A stretch of 64,000 bases of DNA from a virus. Positions 8,010-16,980 of this stretch are shown in pieces. Each line of letters opens with the position of its first letter. The first letter of the stretch is position 1. The stretch lies in the IMG/VR virus record IMGVR_UViG_3300037608_000032, positions 1 through 64,000 of that record, one strand, 5' to 3'. The position numbers and the translations under genes were made by a program. The notes under the pieces were generated by a model. That model was not told the origin of the DNA. It saw only the letters and a list, made by a program, of their open reading frames with translations, and made no database searches.

Positions 8010-9684
8010 TAGTTATCTGCACCTGTTCGCACTTTTCTTTCACGACCCTCTTTTTTCTCGCCTTCGGAGGTTCGGAGCACCAGACCAACCTCGCGACGCA
8101 CGCCATGCCCTGCTTGTCCACCCGTGGGCCTGGCCGGCGCACGTACCGACCGGCGCTATGGATGCTCGGGTCTGCATGGCCTCCGACTACGCCGTGGGCG
8201 TGGAGCGCGTCCAGGACCACGCGGTCAAGGGACGCGAGCATCCGCTGGACGTGAGGATCGGCGTAGAAGGCGCGTGGGTCCCACCTTCCTTGACGGAGCT
8301 TCACGACGACCTGCACGCCCGTTCCTGACGTCCTGACCATGGCCATCGTACCCGACAAGACCGGGTGGTTTACCAGGATGGCCTGGACTTCTTGGGCAGC
8401 TTCTGCAAGGTGCTTCCACTCGGGCATGGTCTCGATATCGTCGATGTCAACGCCGACCCATTCCGTGTAGACGGGCACGAAGCCGGTAGGCTGAAGGATG
8501 TTCATGCTCTCACGACCGGACGAAAACTCGCGGACTCCGGTGAACCCGTGCAGGTCCATGGAGACGTACAGGTCGGGAAGAACGGCTTTCGGACGGCAGA
8601 AAAACATCATCGTGTTCGTGGCCGCCAAGGCACCGTAGTAGACCTTCTCGTTCTTGGCGCGGCCGTCGGCATAGTGGAGAAGGTCCGTCAACGAGGTAGC
8701 AGCGGAAAAAGCCCGGTGGAACCCACGTCTTACAGACTCGTTCTCGCCACCGTAGTGCTTGCCCATCGTGAACCCGTACCCTTGGGGGCGGACTACATAG
8801 TCAGGACTGGAGATGTCCAAGGGGTCATCGTAGAAGGCCAGTCCTGACGGCTTGCCGAGTACCATCGGGGCCGGCCCGGGGTCCCCAGCTTCAAGGGAGC
8901 GGTCAACGAGAAAGAGCGCATTCGACGGGGTAGAAACAGGCACGTCCCAATAAGACCCCCTGTGGGGTAGACCGGGGGTAGCGATGCCCCCTGGGTCTCC
9001 TGACTCACAGAGTCTTAGACAGGCGGGACTGGCCTTGACTGAGACGACGGGCTGGAAGAGGACGGCAAGGTCTTCAAGGACCTTGGCCTTGCCGATGATG
9101 GTCTCACACGAGAAGCAGAAGACGTACCCGGTCTCTTGGTTGACCACGGCGTTCGGGGAGTGGCCTTCGTGGTTCGGGCATCGGATGAAGACCTTCTGGC
9201 CCTTGCGATGTCCAGGGACCTGGACTGCGGGGCCGTAGCACCGGTGGTCCTGGACTGGGGGAGCGTGCCCTTGACCTGCGAGGGCTTCGAGCACCTGCTC
9301 GGCAATGGCATGCGCTTCGGGGGTGACTCGGTAGTGGGTGCCCCTACCTTGCCCGGGGGCGAGGTCTCGAACCGGGTAGCCGAGTCGGGCAGCTTCAGGG
9401 GTGGTGACTGGCTCGGCTCCGAGTAGAGCGTAGACGTCGGGGAAGACCTGGCGGGCGATGTCGCGGGAGATGGTCCCGTGCGGGACGAAATAGCCAGCGC
9501 ATCGCTCGGAGATGTAGGAGCCATCGGACGCGAGAAAGGCGCGGACTACGTGGTCGTGCAGGATGACGATGGCAGCGCGGAGTCGGGTGGGCGTGAAGCC
9601 CAGCAGTTCTTCAACGAGGAGGTCAGCCCAGGTGGGGGCCTCGACTCGGGCGAGCGCAGCGCCGGTCAACGCCGATCCTTGCAT
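7993..9684 (-). CDS. AEP/RepB-like primase protein with CHC2 zinc finger
   Basis: CPNH...CFSC zinc finger; GVDIDD (DxD), RTSGTGVQ (motif II variant), ADPSIHSAGRYVRRPG. Confidence 0.6.
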   Translation of the reverse strand: MQGSALTGAALARVEAPTWADLLVEELLGFTPTRLRAAIVILHDHVVRAFLASDGSYISERCAGYFVPHGTISRDIARQVFPDVYALLGAEPVTTPEAARLGYPVRDLAPGQGRGTHYRVTPEAHAIAEQVLEALAGQGHAPPVQDHRCYGPAVQVPGHRKGQKVFIRCPNHEGHSPNAVVNQETGYVFCFSCETIIGKAKVLEDLAVLFQPVVSVKASPACLRLCESGDPGGIATPGLPHRGSYWDVPVSTPSNALFLVDRSLEAGDPGPAPMVLGKPSGLAFYDDPLDISSPDYVVRPQGYGFTMGKHYGGENESVRRGFHRAFSAATSLTDLLHYADGRAKNEKVYYGALAATNTMMFFCRPKAVLPDLYVSMDLHGFTGVREFSSGRESMNILQPTGFVPVYTEWVGVDIDDIETMPEWKHLAEAAQEVQAILVNHPVLSGTMAMVRTSGTGVQVVVKLRQGRWDPRAFYADPHVQRMLASLDRVVLDALHAHGVVGGHADPSIHSAGRYVRRPGPRVDKQGMACVARLVWCSEPPKARKKRVVKEKCEQVQITSDRLT

Positions 9685-9967
9685 GAAAAGGATGGACGGG
9701 TAAGCCGGGTGCGGTTAGAATCGGGGTGGTTGACCATTGCGACTGGTTGACTCGGGTGATCAGGTGGCCCGTCTTTCTACCGGTTGAGTCCCGATAGAAG
9801 TGAGTGCAGCCTGGACGGTTCTGGTGTACACCCCTCCGAGGCCCGGCGTCAAGGAGGGGCTACACCTTTTCGAGCGAGGCGAGGGAGATGACGGGGGAGC
9901 TACTACATCGGGAGCTGGCTATAGTGGCTTGCACCTGTAGAGACCTTTCCGGCGATGTAGGTACCAG

Positions 9968-10276
9968 ATGCCCAGAAAGAAGAAGACCGACCTTGAAGGA
10001 CGAGCCCGTCAGGTAGCTTCTGCCGGAGACTGGATATCCATTTCGGAAATAGAACTTTGGGAGGGAAACCCGAGGGTCAACGACGGGGATAACTCCGCGA
10101 CGGAAGACGTGGCAGCGAGCATCAAGAGGTTCGGATTCATCGCCGGGGTGACGGGCTGGCTTCGGCCGGACGGGTCGGTGCGGATGGTGGCAGGGCACAC
10201 AAGGGTCAAGGGGCGCAGATGGACTCGATGGGCGAAGGAGCACAACCAGGACCCAGGACTGGGAGCCCTTGAATGA
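9968..10276 (+). CDS. short ParB/Srx N-terminal domain protein (possibly truncated)
   Basis: WEGNPRVN, VAASIKRFGF, VAGHTR; stops soon after the catalytic motif. Confidence 0.7.
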   Translation: MPRKKKTDLEGRARQVASAGDWISISEIELWEGNPRVNDGDNSATEDVAASIKRFGFIAGVTGWLRPDGSVRMVAGHTRVKGRRWTRWAKEHNQDPGLGALE

Positions 10277-10510
10277 CAGGTGGACGCGCGGGGCCTCGGT
10301 GGCTACCATCTTCATGCCACCCGTCTGGCGATGCGTCGTCCAGGAGTCCGCGCGACTCCCAGGCCAGAGACTGACGCCACCCGAAGCCGTAGCATCGGTG
10401 GTGCTCGGGATACCGAGCGAGTCTGGCCGACAATTGCTGGGTTACGGTCCGGTCTCCTGCAAAGGGGGCCGGGCTCGTTCTTGAGGCTACTATGGGGCGG
10501 AGGTGAGCCC

Positions 10511-10717
10511 GTGACATGTCACGCACCAAGAACCGACGACCCAGATAAAGCCGTGTGCGGAGTGCGCTTTTCGCAGAACCCGGAGCGCGTCAAGGCGACG
10601 ACTCCGATCAGCCTGACCTGCGACCTGTGCTCCACCAGGGTCTACGGAGCCCAGCGCCTCGCTGGGTTGACGGAGTGGCCTCCGGGCGTGGCTGGGGTGC
10701 CGAAAGATGCCCCTTGA
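10511..10717 (+). CDS. small Cys/His zinc-binding protein
   Basis: GGAGGTG RBS then GTG; H..CG..CDLC; overlaps helicase start. Confidence 0.65.
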   Translation: MTCHAPRTDDPDKAVCGVRFSQNPERVKATTPISLTCDLCSTRVYGAQRLAGLTEWPPGVAGVPKDAP

Positions 10718-12335
10718 AGTCCTGGTAGACTCGCAGCTCCGCATCAAGGAGTCTGACCTCTCTCCGGCGATGTCGGAGCAGGTGGACCTCTCGTTCAGCT
10801 ACGTCAACCCGGAGCCACTACCGCCATCGGCAAGAGGTGAGGACGCGACGTGGACGAGGCCAAAATGGTCTGCGGTGTCGAGGCGGGACGGGTTCGTCTG
10901 CCTGCCTCGCGGGTTGACTGAGGCGCTCCGGAACATCGCCAGGGGATGCGGGGTGGACCTCGCGTTCAAGGACCGGATGACCTGGGATCGGACTCGCGCA
11001 CGGGTGCCGGTGGGAGATCTGGCCGTGGTGCCCCGTGAATACCAGCTTGAGGCGCATGCCGAGATCGCCAAGCGGGTGCAGGGGTATGTGGTCCTGCCCT
11101 GCGGCGGGGGCAAGACCACGCTCGGTTCAACAAGTGTCTTGCACCTGAATCAATCTTCTCTGGTGCTCGTTGGGAGCGTTGACCTGCTTGACCAGTGGGA
11201 CGGGGCCCTGATTCGAGGCAGCGCCGGGAAGGTGAGACCGAGGCTGATCGGGGGCGGGAGCCGGGTGGACCTGCGACCCTTGAGGCCGGGTGAGGTGGCC
11301 GTGGCTACGGTGCAGAGTCTCTACGACCGGCCCGACATCCAGCCGTTCCTGGACTCGGTGGCCATTCTGCTTGGAGACGAGATCCACCATGTCCCGTGCA
11401 GGCAGTTCCGCTACGTCGTAGACCGGTGCGCTGCCAGGTGGCGGCTCGGGCTCTCCGCAACGCCGGACCGGTCGGACGGGTGGGGCTTCCTGCTTCGGGT
11501 CTTGCTCGGTCCGATGCTTTTCAGGAGGACTTCGCGTGAGCTCGTAGACCTCGGGTTCCTCCAGTGCCCGACGATCATCCCGGTCCGATCCGAGTGGGGG
11601 CCAGGGCCTGCCGAGTATCGCTGGCGGTTGACGTGCTCGGAGTGCGGGTTCAAGGGGGAACACCCGTGGGGACCGTGGCAGCGAGGAGAAGCCCAGTGCC
11701 AAGGCAAGCGCCGGGTGACCGGTCCGCGCGGAGGGGTCAAGTTGGAAAGATGCTCGCACCTGTTGGAAATTGACTGCGAGGCCAGGCAAGGTGACCTCGA
11801 CTGGGGCAAGACCTCCACGGCGCTGTTCACTGACGGTAGTCGTCAGCACCTGTTGGCGACTTTGGCACGGGCTGCGGTGGGGACCGGGCGAAGGGTCTTG
11901 ATGCTCGTCGGGCGCAAGGCCGGGCTCGAAGACATCGCCGGAAAGACGGGACAGGGAGGCGTGCGAGTCGCGGCCGTATCTTCGAAGACATCTGCCAGAG
12001 ACGAGCGGATCGGGGCCTTTCGGGCGGGCAAACTGGACGTGCTGATCGCTACGTCGCTGGCTGACGAAGGGCTGGACGTTCCCGAGCTGGACTGCGTGGT
12101 GCTCGGTCAACCCGGAAAGGACCCAGGGAAGGCCCGCCAGCGGTCCGGTCGGACTACCAGACCCCAGGGCAAGCCCGCGGTGGTCTTCGACGTAGTGGAC
12201 CGGGGTGACACGATGTCCCGCCACTGGTCAGCGCGGAAGAAGGCCTACGTCGAAGAGTACGGGGAGCGGTGCTTGGGAGCGCCAAGGCCGGTGTCGGTTG
12301 ACGAAGCCGTGGCCATCATGCGCCGGCTCGGGTGA
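10707..12335 (+). CDS. superfamily 2 (DExH) helicase
   Basis: PREYQ, PCGGGKT, DEIHH, SAT, EGLDVP, QRSGRTTR; Cys-rich insertion. Confidence 0.92.
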   Translation: MPLEVLVDSQLRIKESDLSPAMSEQVDLSFSYVNPEPLPPSARGEDATWTRPKWSAVSRRDGFVCLPRGLTEALRNIARGCGVDLAFKDRMTWDRTRARVPVGDLAVVPREYQLEAHAEIAKRVQGYVVLPCGGGKTTLGSTSVLHLNQSSLVLVGSVDLLDQWDGALIRGSAGKVRPRLIGGGSRVDLRPLRPGEVAVATVQSLYDRPDIQPFLDSVAILLGDEIHHVPCRQFRYVVDRCAARWRLGLSATPDRSDGWGFLLRVLLGPMLFRRTSRELVDLGFLQCPTIIPVRSEWGPGPAEYRWRLTCSECGFKGEHPWGPWQRGEAQCQGKRRVTGPRGGVKLERCSHLLEIDCEARQGDLDWGKTSTALFTDGSRQHLLATLARAAVGTGRRVLMLVGRKAGLEDIAGKTGQGGVRVAAVSSKTSARDERIGAFRAGKLDVLIATSLADEGLDVPELDCVVLGQPGKDPGKARQRSGRTTRPQGKPAVVFDVVDRGDTMSRHWSARKKAYVEEYGERCLGAPRPVSVDEAVAIMRRLG

Positions 12336-12460
12336 CTTCGAAGTCCTGGCTACTACCTGATCGAACCCCAGCAAGGAGACCAGCCACGAAGCACACCGGG
12401 GGAGCGTGTCTACCTCAACTCAGCGCTCTCCCGAACTTCGTGCGGTACTCGGAGGACAGC

Positions 12461-13975
12461 ATGTTTTCAGGCCACGTCAAGACGATCATCGACCGCTACC
12501 CGATGGCAGCGGGCCTGCCAGACAACGGCAAGTTCATCGCCATCTCGAACAGCGACGTCGGCAAGCTGGCGTGCGAGCGCCGGTTTCTGCTCTCGCAGAT
12601 CGAGGCCCTCAAGGCCCCGTCCACGGGCCCGATGGACCTGGGGACCGCGTGGCATGAGGTCTCGGAAGATTGCTTCAGGTGGTGGGCACTTCAAGACACC
12701 GGCTACCCTGACGAGGGGCTGGATCGGTGCCCGTTCTGCCGTGGGTCTGGGGTGGTAGACGAGGCCACGGGGATCTGGCAGGGAAAGGAGCTTTCATGTG
12801 CGAGGTGTTTGCGCTGCAACGGCTCCGGGAAGTCGGCCTTGTCCATGGCGATGGTTCCCTACCGTGCCAAGGTCGAGACCATGGAGATCTCTTCCGGCGA
12901 TGCGGACCTTGTAGAGGAGACCTTGCGCCGGATGCTCCAGGGCTACCTCAAGCGGTGGGAGTCGGGGCCGCTGGACTCCATCAAGATCCTCGGTGTCGAG
13001 ATGTCCTTGTCGAGGGCCATCGTCAACCCGAAGACCGGGCTGGTCTTCAAGCCAGAAGTCACGCTCGAACAGAACGAGGACGGCTTCTGGGTCCTGACCG
13101 GGCCGGGATCGACTGCCAAGGCAGACCGAGGGGAAGGGTCGGTCCGTCGGGTGCGCTGGCCCTGGTATCAGGTGGGCTACTTGGACGTGCTCGGGTGCGA
13201 CCGCGTGACGAAGCTCGGGTGGGTCATTGACATCAAGGGGTCTGGCCAGCCGAGTCGGTATCCAAAGGGGATGGGCGTGGACCCGCAGCTTCCGGGGTAC
13301 TGCTGGCTTCTGGAGGGGCACCTGCAGGATCTCGGGTGCTCCGGTATCGCCGGGTTCATGTACGACGTCAGCAACACGAAGTACCAGCCGGACCCGCACG
13401 AACTCAAGTGGATCCCGCCGAAGATGGACGACCTCAAGGCGATGGTCGAAGCCAAGGGCATCAAGGTCACGGGCCGCAAGTCTGAGGACTACTGCCAGGC
13501 GCTCGGTATCGTACCGGGACACGGCGGGTTCTCGGTGGCCATGAATTCCGGCGTGCCTTCGTGGAGGTACGAATGGGCCATCAAGGCGGCTGGCGTGGAC
13601 CGGGCCCCCTACGAGGAGCACCTTCAGTACCTCGCTGAGACGGTGGACCCCGGGCTCTACTCGCGTCCGTGGATGAGGTACGGGGAGAGCCATCGCCAGA
13701 GGTACGGGCGCGAGATCTACGCCAAGGCGGTCAGGATGCACCTGCTCCGCAAGGCGGCGGCAGGGTGTGATGACGCCGAAGGGCTGGACGTGCTCTTCCC
13801 ACGGACGCCGGTTTGCACAGTGCCGGGAAGTGGGTGCGGGTATTCGGACCTCTGCGCGGCCGAAGACTGCCCTCGGACGGGCTACTACGTGACCCCGACC
13901 CAGCGGTGGGCGGAAGAATCCGACCGGCAGTCTGCCGACGGGGAGCAGCAACAACAGACTGAGCTTGGATGGTGA
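12461..13975 (+). CDS. PD-(D/E)XK exonuclease (RecB/AddB/Cas4-like)
   Basis: ISNS..CERRF, GTAWHE, GYLD..IDIKGS, PQLPGY, C-terminal Cys cluster; GGAGG RBS. Confidence 0.85.
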   Translation: MFSGHVKTIIDRYPMAAGLPDNGKFIAISNSDVGKLACERRFLLSQIEALKAPSTGPMDLGTAWHEVSEDCFRWWALQDTGYPDEGLDRCPFCRGSGVVDEATGIWQGKELSCARCLRCNGSGKSALSMAMVPYRAKVETMEISSGDADLVEETLRRMLQGYLKRWESGPLDSIKILGVEMSLSRAIVNPKTGLVFKPEVTLEQNEDGFWVLTGPGSTAKADRGEGSVRRVRWPWYQVGYLDVLGCDRVTKLGWVIDIKGSGQPSRYPKGMGVDPQLPGYCWLLEGHLQDLGCSGIAGFMYDVSNTKYQPDPHELKWIPPKMDDLKAMVEAKGIKVTGRKSEDYCQALGIVPGHGGFSVAMNSGVPSWRYEWAIKAAGVDRAPYEEHLQYLAETVDPGLYSRPWMRYGESHRQRYGREIYAKAVRMHLLRKAAAGCDDAEGLDVLFPRTPVCTVPGSGCGYSDLCAAEDCPRTGYYVTPTQRWAEESDRQSADGEQQQQTELGW

Positions 13976-15255
13976 CCATGGGCGAAGAGACTACGACTGC
14001 GACCCCGGCAACGGGGCGAAGGATCAACCGAGGAAAGGCGGCGACCCCGCCAGCGACGACCGAGACGAAGGTGGCGGAAGACCCGAAGACGGAGACGACG
14101 GCGACGACCCCGAAGCCTGACGAGGTGGTCACGAAGACCCCAGAGCCGGAGAAGTCCGAACAGGTGCAGCCCACTTCCGGCGATGCGGGACCGAAGACGG
14201 AGCCGAAGTCCGAACAGGTGCAAGCACCTTGTGGGGGCGTGGTCCCCTCGACTCCGGCTATCGAGCCTTCGACAACCGACGCGCTGGATGGCATCACGGG
14301 CTTGTCGTTCTCCCGAGCGGGAGACGTGGACACGAGCGACATGAGCTACATGATCCTGGTCTACGGTGACTCCGGAGCTGGCAAGACGCACCTTGCGTCC
14401 TCGTGCGACGACGTGATCGTGGCGTTGCTCGAACCCCAAGGTTTCGCGACGGTCCGGACAGCTAACCCCAGCGCCATCGTGGCCGGGGACGCCGACGTGT
14501 CGATCAAGGGCAAGCCCCGGTGGCTGAAGAGCATGCAGCAGGTGCGAGATTTTTTCCAAGCGGCTGCGTCGGGTCGGTTTCTCAAGGCCGGGATCAAGAC
14601 CATCGTGCTCGACTCGGCGACCGAGCTTCAGCAGATGTTCATTGACGAGATCGTGGCCGAGAAAAAGCGCAAGGTCCAGCCGACAGCGCAGCCCGTGGCA
14701 GGCCGGACGGTCGGGCAGAAGGCGGCTCCCGCTCCAGCAGCGCCGGAGCAGGTGAAGGGGCCAGCGCCGGAGATGACGAAGCAGGACTGGGGGACGCTCG
14801 CCGTGAAGTGGCGCAATTTCATGAGGATGCTCCGAGGCCTGCCCTACAACGTCGTGGTGCTGGCCTTGTCGGAGCCGACGCAGGACGAGTCCACAGGGCG
14901 GCGGCTCATGTTCCCCAAGCTCTCCGGGTCTGCCCAGGCGGCCCTGCCGGCCTACTTCAACATCTGCACCTACCTCTACAAGGCGACGGTGGACGGGGAG
15001 GTGGTGCGGCTTTGCCTCGTAGACGGAGACGACCGGTTCTACACCAAGTCCTTCGGGCCCATCAAGGGCATCGTGTCGGCCGACCTTCGCGAGTGGTTCG
15101 CGGCGCTCGCGGGCGCGGAAGCGGATCTCCATGTCGAGGGCGCAAGACCTCCCGGCGCGTCGGGCTCGGGTGGCAGGACCATCGCCAGGGGCGGGACGGC
15201 GCAAGAGTCGCCTGCACCTGCGGAGACTTCGGACGCGACGGATACCAGCTACTAA
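13969..15255 (+). CDS. Sak4-like AAA ATPase (recombination)
   Basis: LVYGDSGAGKT, TIVLDSATEL, QDWGTL; long Thr/Pro/Glu N-terminal tail; between exonuclease and SSB. Confidence 0.8.
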   Translation: MVTMGEETTTATPATGRRINRGKAATPPATTETKVAEDPKTETTATTPKPDEVVTKTPEPEKSEQVQPTSGDAGPKTEPKSEQVQAPCGGVVPSTPAIEPSTTDALDGITGLSFSRAGDVDTSDMSYMILVYGDSGAGKTHLASSCDDVIVALLEPQGFATVRTANPSAIVAGDADVSIKGKPRWLKSMQQVRDFFQAAASGRFLKAGIKTIVLDSATELQQMFIDEIVAEKKRKVQPTAQPVAGRTVGQKAAPAPAAPEQVKGPAPEMTKQDWGTLAVKWRNFMRMLRGLPYNVVVLALSEPTQDESTGRRLMFPKLSGSAQAALPAYFNICTYLYKATVDGEVVRLCLVDGDDRFYTKSFGPIKGIVSADLREWFAALAGAEADLHVEGARPPGASGSGGRTIARGGTAQESPAPAETSDATDTSY

Positions 15256-15346
15256 GACTTTCACGGGGCCTCGGTCCGGCTGGGTGACCGGGGCTTTTCA
15301 TCGTACCCAGCAGCACGAGACATGCACGAGACACAAGGAGTGTGAA

Positions 15347-15958
15347 ATGATCGATCCGAAAGCGCGTGCCAAAGAGCGCAAGGACAAGGGGTATTCTGAC
15401 GACGGGCCGTCAACGTCGTTTCTCCGGGCGACCGGCAAGTTCACCATGGCGGGATGCGGATTCGAGCGGTTCAACTCGTCCGCCAAGGGGACCCCGGGCA
15501 TCATGATCCGGCTGGTCGTGGTCGAAGGGGACCACGCGGGGGACGTGCTGGACCGGGACTTCTGGCTGACCCAGAACGCTTTGTTCCAACTCGCCGATTT
15601 CGCTCTGGCGTTCGGCTTCGAGGAGCCGTTCGACGAGAAGTCCGACGACGACATCGAGAAGATCATGACCAGCGGACTCGGAGTCGTGGTGGTGAAGGTC
15701 CAGGCCGAAGGGTACGCGAAGAACGACGGCAGCGCCGGGACCAAGTACAACGCTGCATTCTTTTCGCCGTACAAGGGAGCAGCCAAGGACTCCTGGCAGG
15801 AGCACATTCAGGCCGGGGAGAAGTCCTTCAACGGCTATCTCAAGTGGCGCACGAACAATCCGAGGGCCACACCGGGGCAGGCTCGACAGCAGCCGAGGCA
15901 GCAGCGGCCGGCTGAGGACGCGAGCGAGTACGACGACGGGAACGGGATACCCTTCTAG
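15347..15958 (+). CDS. phage single-stranded DNA-binding protein (DUF669-like)
   Basis: SSAKGTPGI, beta-rich core, acidic tail EYDDGNGIPF; AAGGAG RBS. Confidence 0.75.
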   Translation: MIDPKARAKERKDKGYSDDGPSTSFLRATGKFTMAGCGFERFNSSAKGTPGIMIRLVVVEGDHAGDVLDRDFWLTQNALFQLADFALAFGFEEPFDEKSDDDIEKIMTSGLGVVVVKVQAEGYAKNDGSAGTKYNAAFFSPYKGAAKDSWQEHIQAGEKSFNGYLKWRTNNPRATPGQARQQPRQQRPAEDASEYDDGNGIPF

Positions 15959-15960
15959 CC

Positions 15961-16578
15961 GTGACCTTTCCATGGCTGGGCATTGACCCAGGACGGGCCG
16001 GGGCCGCGTTGCTTCTTTCGGAGCACCGACGGCCCCTTGTTTTGTACGTCTGGCGAGACCGTCAGCAGTTCAGCCGAGACGTGTACGAGGTAGCCGTGGT
16101 CACGGACGAGCACCAGCGCCGGGAAGTGGTCCAAGACCTCCACGGGGTTGGACTGCTTCTGGAGTCGTCGGTAGCCAGGGTCCTGGAGACTCCTACATGG
16201 GGCATCGCCGTGGAGGCTCCATACGTCGGCCGGTCTGCGAAGACGAGCCTGATCGTGGCCTACCAGACCGGGCTGATTCTCGGGCCGTTGGAAAGTCGTT
16301 GCAGGTGTAAGCAAGTTTCTCCGGGGGCTTCGACTTGGCGGGCGCGGTTACTGGGCTTGCCCCGCCAGACGAAGCGTGAGGAAGCGAAGAAGGCCAGTCT
16401 GTTGATGATGCCCCGTCGGCTCCCTGGACTGGAGGAACTACTACAACGGATGTCAGGGCTCTTGGGCGTTGCGCGAGAGGACCTGGACCACGTTACGGAC
16501 GCAGCGGGGATCGCCGAATACGGGTACTTGTTCGGAACCCCGAAGGAGACGATGGGGCATGGCCGGAGAACTCGATAG
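15961..16578 (+). CDS. RuvC-like Holliday junction resolvase
   Basis: LGIDPG, IAVEAPY, TWR, DHVTDAAGIA. Confidence 0.8.
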   Translation: MTFPWLGIDPGRAGAALLLSEHRRPLVLYVWRDRQQFSRDVYEVAVVTDEHQRREVVQDLHGVGLLLESSVARVLETPTWGIAVEAPYVGRSAKTSLIVAYQTGLILGPLESRCRCKQVSPGASTWRARLLGLPRQTKREEAKKASLLMMPRRLPGLEELLQRMSGLLGVAREDLDHVTDAAGIAEYGYLFGTPKETMGHGRRTR

Positions 16579-16978
16579 ACTCATGAGTGACCAACAGGTG
16601 TTGGCAGTTTTCGAGGCATGGCGGCGACACCGACCGAACCCTGGCCGGGTGAAGCTGACCCCAGCGAGGGCCTCGGTCATTCGAGCGAGGCTCCGAGACC
16701 ATCATTCGGTCGAAGAGCTCTCGCTCCTGGTTGGCGAGTACGCCCACGAAGCTGACACGAAAGAGGCGACGTGGTGGCGGGGAGACAACCCGGAGGGGAC
16801 CGAGTACCTCGACATCATCAACCTGCTCCGGTCGTCGAAGACCGCCGGGCGAGTCGAGAGGGCCTGGGAGTGGAAGCACGGACAGCAAGGGACTGGTGTC
16901 GAGCCCGACGTGGACCTTGGACCGATGGCTCTCTTTCGGGGACCGCAAGCCACAGGGCGCGTCCTTCGCAGGGGGTAA
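16559..16978 (+). CDS. hypothetical protein, replication initiator C-terminal-like
   Basis: VFEAW..KLTPARASVIRARL..WWRGDN..YLDIINLLR; directly before primase-helicase. Confidence 0.6.
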   Translation: MAGELDRLMSDQQVLAVFEAWRRHRPNPGRVKLTPARASVIRARLRDHHSVEELSLLVGEYAHEADTKEATWWRGDNPEGTEYLDIINLLRSSKTAGRVERAWEWKHGQQGTGVEPDVDLGPMALFRGPQATGRVLRRG

Positions 16979-16980
16979 CC

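Noticed and set aside
10274-10510. TGA readthrough or recoding joining 9968-10276 to the in-frame downstream ORF
   Set aside because: Intervening translation is not ParB-like, the downstream gene has its own RBS, and TGA, TAG and TAA all end genes normally elsewhere.
12461-13975. Cas4-like nuclease as part of a CRISPR system
   Set aside because: No array or cas genes; the context is exonuclease-Sak4-SSB recombination.
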